Assembly: GCA_964346985.1 (NCBI GenBank)
Contig: CAYFWW010000005.1
Coordinates: 17,206 to 81,205, forward strand
Length of the DNA stretch: 64,000 nucleotides
Origin: an uncultured Actinomycetota bacterium
GTDB lineage: Bacteria; Actinomycetota; Aquicultoria; CAYFWW01
Direction: 5' to 3'
Position 1 is the first letter of the stretch. The number at the start of each line of letters is the position of its first letter. This document shows positions 29,861 to 37,955 of the stretch, one piece after another. Position numbers and translations under genes: made by a program. The notes under the pieces are model-generated. The model was not told where the DNA came from and did no database searches. It was given only the letters and a program-made list of their open reading frames with translations.

Positions 29861-30157
29861 ATGGAAAATTCGATTATTATGCTCGTAACAGTCTTTTTGA
29901 TCAATCTCCCCTTTGGATATTGGCGGAAAGCGACATTGAAATATTCCCCGTCCTGGTTTATCTCAATTCATCTGCCGATTCCTTTGATTATATATTTGAG
30001 GTTTGATCTAGGATTAAACTTGATTATTATTCCTTTGTCATTTACTTCATTTGTTTTGGGCCAATATTTAGGGGGTAGAATAAGAAAGATGATTCCCGCA
30101 GAAAATAATCAAAGTAAATGTCTTGTGATGGACTTATACAGAATAATTACAAGATAG
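29861..30157 (+). CDS. Hypothetical small membrane protein (3 predicted TM segments)
   Basis: 98 aa, hydrophobic, no recognised motif. Has a promoter-like element and a ribosome-binding site. Confidence 0.4.
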   Translation: MENSIIMLVTVFLINLPFGYWRKATLKYSPSWFISIHLPIPLIIYLRFDLGLNLIIIPLSFTSFVLGQYLGGRIRKMIPAENNQSKCLVMDLYRIITR

Positions 30158-30243
30158 GTTCCATTTTTTAAAGATTATTTTTATTTTCTCTAAATAGTTG
30201 AAAGGTAAAATAAAAATAATATATGCTTAATAAGTGATCAGGT

Positions 30244-30474
30244 ATGGGCTTTGAAGAATTTGGAAAGATTTTAATCTTTGTCGGTATTTTAATTGTTATT
30301 AGCGGGGTAATTATTTTTTTTATTGGAAGAAATTTTTCAATTAAAAAACTACCGGGTGATATATTTTATAAAAATGAAAAAATCACCGTCTTTTTTCCGA
30401 TCGTTTCTATGATTGTCATTAGTATTATTCTAACCATTGTTGTTAATGTAATTCTATATTTTATAAGAAAGTAA
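30244..30474 (+). CDS. DUF2905 family small membrane protein
   Basis: 76 aa with two TM helices and a central KKLPGDIFYKNE motif. Its position immediately upstream of queA is typical for DUF2905. Confidence 0.6.
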   Translation: MGFEEFGKILIFVGILIVISGVIIFFIGRNFSIKKLPGDIFYKNEKITVFFPIVSMIVISIILTIVVNVILYFIRK

Positions 30475-31503
30475 ATGAAAACCTCTCTTTTTGATTATAA
30501 TCTCCCTGAAGATTTAATTGCTCAGAAGCCAATTGAACCCAGGCACAGCTCTAAATTGATGGTTATTGATAGAAAGACGGGAAAGATTGAACATAAAAAA
30601 TTCCATAATCTTCTTGAAATTCTTGATGAAGGAGATTGTTTGGTGATAAATGAAACTAAGGTTTTTCCAGGAAGGTTGATTGGTTATAAAGATGTTAGCG
30701 GTGGAAAAGTTGAACTGCTTTTGCTAAAAGAAGCCGATAATGATCGCTGGGAAGTTTTATCCAAGCCATCTAAAAAATTGAAGAAAGGTAACCGGATAAC
30801 TTTTAAAAACGGCCAATTGAGAGCGTTTATTGAAGAAGAACTGTCTGACGGAAAGAAGATTGTAAGTTTTTCTGTAACCGGGAAAGAATTTTGGCAATAC
30901 TTAAAGAAAATTGGCAAAATCCCACTTCCGCCTTATATAAAGAATAACAATATAAAAAGGCAACGCTATCAGACAGTTTTTGCAAAAGATGAGCATTCAA
31001 TAGCTTCACCTACAGCTGGTTTACATTTTACTGAAGAAATGTTGGATGACCTAATGAAAGAGGGAATTAATATATGCCCGGTCACACTTGATATTGGAAT
31101 TGATACTTTTTTACCTGTTAGAGAAGAAAATGTTGAGGATCATAAGATTCACTCCGAAAGGTATCGGCTTTCAAAAGAGGCAGCTAGGATTATTAATGAT
31201 ACGAAAAAGATGAATAAAAGGGTAGTTGCAGTTGGTACGACAAGCACACGCTTACTAGAGACAGTGGCTAAAGAAGATGGAACGGTGGCTCCTGGTACTG
31301 GATTAACTAGCTTGTTTATATTTCCAGGTTATAAATATAAGACTGTAGATATGCTACTGACAAATTTTCATCTGCCAAAATCAAGCTTGATTATGATGGT
31401 TTCTGCATTTGCCGGATTAGAGTTAATAAGAAAGGCTTACATTAAGGCAATTAAGGAAAGATATTATTTTTATAGTTTTGGGGATGCTATGTTGATAATT
31501 TAA
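30475..31503 (+). CDS. queA: S-adenosylmethionine:tRNA ribosyltransferase-isomerase
   Basis: MKTSLFDYNLPEDLIAQKPIEPR… canonical QueA N-terminus. 342 aa. Confidence 0.95.
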   Translation: MKTSLFDYNLPEDLIAQKPIEPRHSSKLMVIDRKTGKIEHKKFHNLLEILDEGDCLVINETKVFPGRLIGYKDVSGGKVELLLLKEADNDRWEVLSKPSKKLKKGNRITFKNGQLRAFIEEELSDGKKIVSFSVTGKEFWQYLKKIGKIPLPPYIKNNNIKRQRYQTVFAKDEHSIASPTAGLHFTEEMLDDLMKEGINICPVTLDIGIDTFLPVREENVEDHKIHSERYRLSKEAARIINDTKKMNKRVVAVGTTSTRLLETVAKEDGTVAPGTGLTSLFIFPGYKYKTVDMLLTNFHLPKSSLIMMVSAFAGLELIRKAYIKAIKERYYFYSFGDAMLII

Positions 31504-31529
31504 CAATATTTAGAGGAAATTCTTTTCAG

Positions 31530-32639
31530 ATGAGCTTTCAATTCAGAATTATAAAAAAAGACAAGAATACCAAGGCCCGTTTGGGAATAATAAAAACTGC
31601 TCATGGGGAGATTAATACCCCGGTTTTTATGCCTGTTGGCACCAGAGCAGCAGTTAAGACATTATCAGCCGGGGACCTAAAAGAGATTGGGGTACAAGTA
31701 ATTCTCAGTAATGCATACCACCTTTTTCTGCGTCCAGGAGCAGATTTAATAAAGGAAGCCGGGGGCTTGCATCAATTTATGAACTGGGGAAAACCTATCT
31801 TGACAGATAGCGGAGGATTTCAAATTTTCAGCTTGGACAATTCAGCTAAGATTACTGACGAGGGAGTGTATTTCAAATCTATATATGATGGTAGCCAACA
31901 TCTGTTTACACCGAGGATAGCAATAGAAATTCAGCAAAAGATTGGAGCTGATATTATTATGGTCCTAGACCAGTGTGTTGGCTATCCGGAAAACAAGGAG
32001 AAGATAGAGTCCTCTATGCAAAGAACTCTTCGCTGGAGTGAAGAATGCCTAAGTTACAAATCTGAAAATAGTCAGGCTCTTTTTGGAATAATTCAGGGTG
32101 GGATCTATCCTGACCTAAGGATAAGAAGCGCTATAGAAACAGTCAAGATGGATTTTCCCGGGATTGCTATTGGTGGTTTTAGCGTTGGGGAACCGCTGGA
32201 TAAGATGTTTGAAGTAATTAAAGAATTCATCGGTATAATTCCTGAAGATAGGCCGAGATATCTTATGGGTGTTGGTGATCCCTTGAGTATGGTCGAGGCA
32301 ATTATTAATGGTATAGACATGTTCGATTGTGTTTTGCCTACCAGGTTAGCTCGAAACGGAGCCGTAATGACCTGGCATGGAAGAATTAATATAAAAAATT
32401 CAGCCTATAAAGATGATTTTTCATTATTAGACGGTCAATGCGGGTGTTCTGTTTGTAAAACATACTCTAAAGCTTATATCCGCCATCTATATTTAAATAA
32501 CGAGATTTTAGCTCACCGCCTCCTGACCTATCATAATCTTTATTTTATAATAAATATAATAAGAAATGTTAGGAAAGCTTTAAATGAAGGAAATTTGGAG
32601 GATTACTGGAAAGATATTAGAGAAAAAATGTTAAATTAG
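31530..32639 (+). CDS. tgt: Queuine tRNA-ribosyltransferase
   Basis: …ARLGIIKTAHGEINTPVFMPVGT… and a C-terminal zinc site CGCSVCKTYSKAYIRHL. Confidence 0.95.
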   Translation: MSFQFRIIKKDKNTKARLGIIKTAHGEINTPVFMPVGTRAAVKTLSAGDLKEIGVQVILSNAYHLFLRPGADLIKEAGGLHQFMNWGKPILTDSGGFQIFSLDNSAKITDEGVYFKSIYDGSQHLFTPRIAIEIQQKIGADIIMVLDQCVGYPENKEKIESSMQRTLRWSEECLSYKSENSQALFGIIQGGIYPDLRIRSAIETVKMDFPGIAIGGFSVGEPLDKMFEVIKEFIGIIPEDRPRYLMGVGDPLSMVEAIINGIDMFDCVLPTRLARNGAVMTWHGRINIKNSAYKDDFSLLDGQCGCSVCKTYSKAYIRHLYLNNEILAHRLLTYHNLYFIINIIRNVRKALNEGNLEDYWKDIREKMLN

Positions 32640-32657
32640 TATTTTAAGGAGGTACAA

Positions 32658-32915
32658 ATGGAAAATATAACCGGACTGTTTTTTTATCTAATTTTACTTG
32701 GCGGTCTCTTTTACTTCCTTCTGATTAGGCCACAGCAGATGAGAACAAAAAAGCACCAGGAGCTTGTAAAATCATTAAAAAATGGTGATAAGGTGATGAC
32801 CATTGGTGGGATAATAGGGAGGATCAAGTCAATTGACGAAGAATTAATTAAACTGGAAATTGCTGAAAAAGTAATAATAAAAGTATCCAAGTCTGCTATT
32901 ACAAAAATAATATAA
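32658..32915 (+). CDS. yajC: Preprotein translocase subunit YajC
   Basis: 85 aa, single TM helix, …LKNGDKVMTIGGIIGRI… YajC signature. AGGAGG ribosome-binding site. Confidence 0.85.
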   Translation: MENITGLFFYLILLGGLFYFLLIRPQQMRTKKHQELVKSLKNGDKVMTIGGIIGRIKSIDEELIKLEIAEKVIIKVSKSAITKII

Positions 32916-33005
32916 GTTTCTTATCGATTAATAATTGTTGGCCTGTTTAATAGATTTATCTTGCCATGCATATCAAGTGGTGATTTAATAGAGCAGTGAT
33001 TTTTT

Positions 33006-33668
33006 ATGCAAGTTACATTAGATGATGTGAAAAAAAATGAAGAATTGAAAGCCTTTATTATCGAGGCTGATAAAAATCTGGCGTCTATTGGTTTTACAGA
33101 ACATGGTCTTCGTCACTCGGATTTAGTGGCAAATATTGCCAGAAATGTTTTGATTCATTTATCCTTTCCTGAAAGGACTGCTGAAATCGCAGCAATCTCT
33201 GGTTATTTTCATGATATTGGCAATGTTATAAGCAGGACTTTACATGGAATAAGCGGGGCATTACTGGTAAGGCCTTATCTTTTGGATATGGGAATGCCTC
33301 CAAACGAAGTAGCTTTGATAATGAACGCAATCGGAAATAGCGAGGAAGAAATAGGCTCAACAGTCAATGAAGTTTCAGCCGCAGTTGTTCTGGCTGACAA
33401 AAGTGATGTTCATCAAAGCCGTGTTCGTAATCCCGATCCAGCTAGATTTGATATTCATGACCGGGTTAACTTTGCTTCTAAAAAATCTTTCCTAGCAGTC
33501 GATGAAGAAAAAGGGGAGATTATTCTTAAGATTGAAATAGATACAAAAATTTCTCAAGTCATGGAATATTTTGAGATTTTTCTTGATAGAATGACCATGT
33601 GCCGTAAAGCTGCAGAAGTGCTTGATTGCAAATTTAAAATTATAATTAATGAACACGAAATCTTATAG
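33006..33668 (+). CDS. HD-domain phosphohydrolase-like protein
   Basis: …EHGLRHSDLVANIA…YFHDIGN… gives an H…HD metal-binding pattern. Inserted between yajC and secD. Confidence 0.6.
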   Translation: MQVTLDDVKKNEELKAFIIEADKNLASIGFTEHGLRHSDLVANIARNVLIHLSFPERTAEIAAISGYFHDIGNVISRTLHGISGALLVRPYLLDMGMPPNEVALIMNAIGNSEEEIGSTVNEVSAAVVLADKSDVHQSRVRNPDPARFDIHDRVNFASKKSFLAVDEEKGEIILKIEIDTKISQVMEYFEIFLDRMTMCRKAAEVLDCKFKIIINEHEIL

Positions 33669-33681
33669 GGAGTACTAGTTT

Positions 33682-34953
33682 TTGAATACTCAACAGAAGG
33701 CTTTATATTCACTTCTTTTTATATTTGTATTAATCTCAATAAGTATTTATTTAGTCTTTCCTGTTGAGAAATCAACCAAACTGGGCCTGGATTTAAAAGG
33801 AGGAATGAGCGTAATATTAACTGCTCAGGCTACCAAGAAGGCTCCTATAACTGAGGATAAGATGGATCAAGCCAAACTTGTAATAGAAAAAAGAGTAAAC
33901 CGTTTGGGAGTTTCTGAAGCCAGTGTTCAAAGATCAGGCATTGATAATATCTTAATTCAATTACCAGGCATTAAGAATCCACAAAAAGCTCTTGATATAA
34001 TCGGAAAAACAGCTATTTTAGAATTTAAACCAGTCCTGGCGGATGACCAGGCCGGGGGGGATAATTTTACTCTTGGACCCACTGAGATGTCAGGGGATGC
34101 CCTGAGTTCAGCCAGGGCAACCTATGATGATAAGAATGAACCTGTTGTACTGATAAATTTTACATCAAAAGGCAAGAAACAATTTGCCGATGTAACCACT
34201 CGTTATGTTCAGAAAAAATTAGCTATAGTTCTTGACGGGGAAGTAATATCTGCTCCTGTGATAAATGAACCAATTATTCAAGGAAATGCTGAAATATCCG
34301 GTCTAGCTTCAATTGACGAAGCTAAAGAAATTGCCTTAGTTCTTCAAACTGGTGCATTACCAGTAAAGTTAGTTAGGTCTGAAGTAAGGGAAGTTGGCCC
34401 CACACTAGGAAAAGAATCTTTAATTGCCGGTTTAAGAGCAGGTATTATTGGTTTGATACTTGTTGCTATTTATATGGCTATTTACTACCGTGGCTTGGGC
34501 TTAGTAACTTCATTGGCATTGGTAGTCTTTTCCACTATATTTTGGGGCGTTATAGCATTTATATCAAGGTTTATTGGCCAGTGGAGCTTAACTTTGCCGG
34601 GAATTGCCGGAATTATTCTCAGCATTGGGCTCGCGGCTGATTCCAGTATTATTATTTTTGAACGAATTAAGGAAGAAGTCAGGAGCGGAAAAAGCTTTAG
34701 GGTCGCCGTTGATTCTGGTTTTGAAAATGCTTTTAGGACTATAATGGATGCCGATTTTTGTACAGTAGCTGCAGCTTTCTTTCTATATTGGTTAGCTATT
34801 GGACCGGTTAAGGGCTTTGCTTTGACTCTTATTATAGGTATTGTAATTGATATTACTACAGCTTTCTTTTTCACCCATTCAATATTGAGGTTGTTGGCAC
34901 TCTCTAAAAGAATAGTTAAACCGTATATTTTAGGTGTTAAGGAGACAACCTAG
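33682..34953 (+). CDS. secD: Protein translocase subunit SecD; TTG start
   Basis: N-terminal TM helix, periplasmic domain (LGLDLKGGMSV) and a C-terminal six-TM bundle. Confidence 0.9.
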   Translation: MNTQQKALYSLLFIFVLISISIYLVFPVEKSTKLGLDLKGGMSVILTAQATKKAPITEDKMDQAKLVIEKRVNRLGVSEASVQRSGIDNILIQLPGIKNPQKALDIIGKTAILEFKPVLADDQAGGDNFTLGPTEMSGDALSSARATYDDKNEPVVLINFTSKGKKQFADVTTRYVQKKLAIVLDGEVISAPVINEPIIQGNAEISGLASIDEAKEIALVLQTGALPVKLVRSEVREVGPTLGKESLIAGLRAGIIGLILVAIYMAIYYRGLGLVTSLALVVFSTIFWGVIAFISRFIGQWSLTLPGIAGIILSIGLAADSSIIIFERIKEEVRSGKSFRVAVDSGFENAFRTIMDADFCTVAAAFFLYWLAIGPVKGFALTLIIGIVIDITTAFFFTHSILRLLALSKRIVKPYILGVKETT

Positions 34954-35832
34954 ATGAAAATCGATTTCGTGGGTAAAAAATATTATTGGTTCGCTTTATC
35001 AATTTTAGTAATTTCTATTGGGATTGCCAGCATGTTAATAAAAGGTATTCAATTTGGCTTAGAGTTTAGCGGGGGCACGTTATTAGATTTAAGCTTTGAG
35101 AAGAAAGTCCAAGTTAGCGATATTAGAAACGTATTAAGAGATTATAATCTTGCTGATAGCGTGATACAACAGACTCCCGATAAGAAAGAAGAGTTTCTAA
35201 TTCGTTCTAAAAAATTAAAGAGCGAAGAACAGAAGAAAATAATCGACTCTCTCGATGCAAAGCTGAAAATTGCTGAGGTAAATAATATTATAAGCGTTGG
35301 GCCTGGTTGGGGAGAACAAGTCTCCAGAGGAGCATTATTAGCTATGATTGCCTCGTTAATAGTAATATTAATATATATTTCCTTCAGATTTGAATATAAA
35401 ATGGCAATTTGCGCAATTACGGCCTTAATCCATGACGTATTAGTGGTAATAGGTGTCTACGCATTGGTTGGCAGGGAATTAAATCCCAATACGATTGCTG
35501 CCATATTAACCATACTTGGTTATTCACTTTACGACACCATTGTTGTCTTTCATAGAATAAAGGAGAATGTTCAAATTATGGGCAAGAAACCTTTTTCAGA
35601 GATTGTTAATAAATCAATTAACCAGGTAGTTATGCGCTCAATAAATACTTCTTTGACGTCTCTTATACCTGTTGCAGCCATAATTTTAATAGGAGGAGAT
35701 ACACTAAAAGACTTCGCCTTTGCACTTTTTATCGGGATAGCTTCGGGAACTTATTCATCAATTTTTAACGCCAGCCCTATATTGACAATTATCAAGGAAA
35801 GGGAACCGTACTGGAAAACCAGGATTGCCTGA
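34954..35832 (+). CDS. secF: Protein translocase subunit SecF
   Basis: …GLEFSGGTLLDL… and a C-terminal TM bundle. Immediately follows secD. Confidence 0.9.
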   Translation: MKIDFVGKKYYWFALSILVISIGIASMLIKGIQFGLEFSGGTLLDLSFEKKVQVSDIRNVLRDYNLADSVIQQTPDKKEEFLIRSKKLKSEEQKKIIDSLDAKLKIAEVNNIISVGPGWGEQVSRGALLAMIASLIVILIYISFRFEYKMAICAITALIHDVLVVIGVYALVGRELNPNTIAAILTILGYSLYDTIVVFHRIKENVQIMGKKPFSEIVNKSINQVVMRSINTSLTSLIPVAAIILIGGDTLKDFAFALFIGIASGTYSSIFNASPILTIIKEREPYWKTRIA

Positions 35833-35896
35833 TGTGTTGGGAATTGGATAAATTTGGTGGTAAAATTATTTTGTAATTCCAAGGGGGAGGAAAGCA

Positions 35897-36220
35897 ATGA
35901 AAGAAGTTATCGAGAAAAGTTTATATGCGACACTTGGTGCCTGGTTATACATACATGAAAAAGCGGATGAAGTAATTAAAGATTTGGTTAACAAGGGAAA
36001 GTTAGCTCCTGAAGAGGGTAAGACATTCTTAGACGAAATATCAAAAAGGGCAGATGATGAAAAAGAACAGCTTAAAGAAAGGTTTAGTTCGGGTTTTAAA
36101 TCTTTCTTTGAGGAAACCGGTTTGGCCTCTAAAGAAGACATTAAGAATTTGCGTGATTTGTTGGCCCAATTAGAGAATAGGATCTCATCCCTGGAGAAAA
36201 AAGAAGAATCCACAAAATAA
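35897..36220 (+). CDS. Phasin-family-like small alpha-helical protein
   Basis: 107 aa, all-helical, with a C-terminal …SKEDIKNLRDLLAQLENRISSLEKK coiled coil. Overall pattern resembles the 'PHA synthesis regulator phasin' proteins that precede ABC1/UbiB genes in Clostridia. Strong GGGGGAGG ribosome-binding site. Confidence 0.5.
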   Translation: MKEVIEKSLYATLGAWLYIHEKADEVIKDLVNKGKLAPEEGKTFLDEISKRADDEKEQLKERFSSGFKSFFEETGLASKEDIKNLRDLLAQLENRISSLEKKEESTK

Positions 36221-36258
36221 ATTAAAGAAATCTGTCTAAAATATTCAGGAATATTACT

Positions 36259-37896
36259 ATGCCCAGAATATTGCCGCGTAGAAAAAAAATCAAAAGACTT
36301 CGTGAAATTACTGAGGTTGCTGCTAGGCATGGTTTAGGTTTTTATCTTGAGAAATTCCAAATAAATAGGATAATAGGCAAATCTCTTGGCAAAGATAGTA
36401 TAAAAATTGAGAAAGTAGAACTGGCTGCCAAAAAGCTACGCTTATTACTCGAGGACCTCGGCCCGACTTATATAAAGATTGGACAATTATTAAGCATAAG
36501 GCCTGATTTAGTACCTCCTGAAGTAATATTCGAACTTGAAAAACTGCAGGATAATGTATCTCCATTTGACTATGAAATAGTAGAAAAGATAATCAAAAAT
36601 GAATTTGAAAAAAATATATCTGATATCTTTTCGAAATTTGAAAAGGTACCGTTAGCTTCTGCTTCAATTGGTCAAGTTCATGAAGCTTATCTACATGACG
36701 GAACTCATGTCGTAGTAAAAATTCAGCGGCCGGAAGCCAGGGAGATCATTACAGCAGATATGGACCTTATTAAAACTGTCGCTCGGTTAATCAAAGCAAG
36801 AATAGAATTTGTCGATATTGAAGGTGTTGTTGATGAGTTTATTAAATCATTAAACCGGGAACTTGATTACCGGACAGAGGCCAAACACATAGACCGTTTT
36901 CGTTTCAATTTTCGTCAGGACGAGCTGGTAAAGATACCCCTAGTCTACTGGCCATATACAAGTAAAAGAGTTTTGACAATGGAATATATCGATGGAACCA
37001 AGATAAGCGACTTGGCTACTCCGGAGGCATTAGGCATAGATACTTTTAAATTAGCGAAGTTTGGCGCAGAAGCCTTTATGAAACAAGTCTTAGTTGACGG
37101 TTTCTTTCACGGTGATCTACATCCGGCAAATCTTTTAATCACACCAGAAGGGAAAATAGGCTATCTGGATTTTGGGATTATCGGAGAGATAAGTGAGAAA
37201 GATAGAGAGTACGTTACCTATCTATTGGCATCGATAATCCGAAAAGACATTGAGGGAGTTGTCAATTATTCAAGGAAGCTGGGAGTTGAAATCGACCAGG
37301 CACAGGTTTCTTCAATTAAAACTGGGTTAAAAAAAATCATTGACAGATATTATGGAAGGGAGCTTGGGGATATAAAAATTGATGTCATTGGTCGAGAATT
37401 TCTAAATTTGATTTACCAAAATAAGATGAAGATACCAAAAAGATTTGCTCTTTTGGCAAAAGCTTTAATCACAGTAGAGGGAGTTGCCCAAGATTTATAC
37501 CCTGGATTCAATGTCATGGAAGTTGCCAAACCTTATGCTCTAAATCTGATAAAAGAAAAATACAGTTTGATGAAAAATCTGGAAGATTTTACAGAACATT
37601 TCTATCAAAATATTTTATTGCTAACTAAATTCCCTGAGCTTATTTATAGTGTTTTAAATAAGATGGAGTCCGGTGAAATTGAATTTATCAGCCAAAATGG
37701 AAGTAGAGCCAGGCAAGTACAAAAGAGTAAAAATATTAGTAATCTCTACCTGACAATTATTACTATTGCTTTTATAATCAGTTCTGCCTTAATAATTTCT
37801 TTTTCGGATTTTTTAGTAATCGGCCTGATTTTTCTTGGGTTTGGAATTTTTGTAATTTTCGTATTAATATTTCAAATTTTAATCGGAAAAGATTGA
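36259..37896 (+). CDS. ABC1/UbiB family atypical protein kinase with C-terminal TM helices
   Basis: ABC1 kinase motifs (ASIGQVHEA, HGDLHPANLL, DFG). Two C-terminal TM helices. Confidence 0.85.
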   Translation: MPRILPRRKKIKRLREITEVAARHGLGFYLEKFQINRIIGKSLGKDSIKIEKVELAAKKLRLLLEDLGPTYIKIGQLLSIRPDLVPPEVIFELEKLQDNVSPFDYEIVEKIIKNEFEKNISDIFSKFEKVPLASASIGQVHEAYLHDGTHVVVKIQRPEAREIITADMDLIKTVARLIKARIEFVDIEGVVDEFIKSLNRELDYRTEAKHIDRFRFNFRQDELVKIPLVYWPYTSKRVLTMEYIDGTKISDLATPEALGIDTFKLAKFGAEAFMKQVLVDGFFHGDLHPANLLITPEGKIGYLDFGIIGEISEKDREYVTYLLASIIRKDIEGVVNYSRKLGVEIDQAQVSSIKTGLKKIIDRYYGRELGDIKIDVIGREFLNLIYQNKMKIPKRFALLAKALITVEGVAQDLYPGFNVMEVAKPYALNLIKEKYSLMKNLEDFTEHFYQNILLLTKFPELIYSVLNKMESGEIEFISQNGSRARQVQKSKNISNLYLTIITIAFIISSALIISFSDFLVIGLIFLGFGIFVIFVLIFQILIGKD

Positions 37897-37955
37897 CGTC
37901 TGCCTGGAATATCTATATTTTATAATAGAAAACAAAAGAATTATCGAACTAGTAG

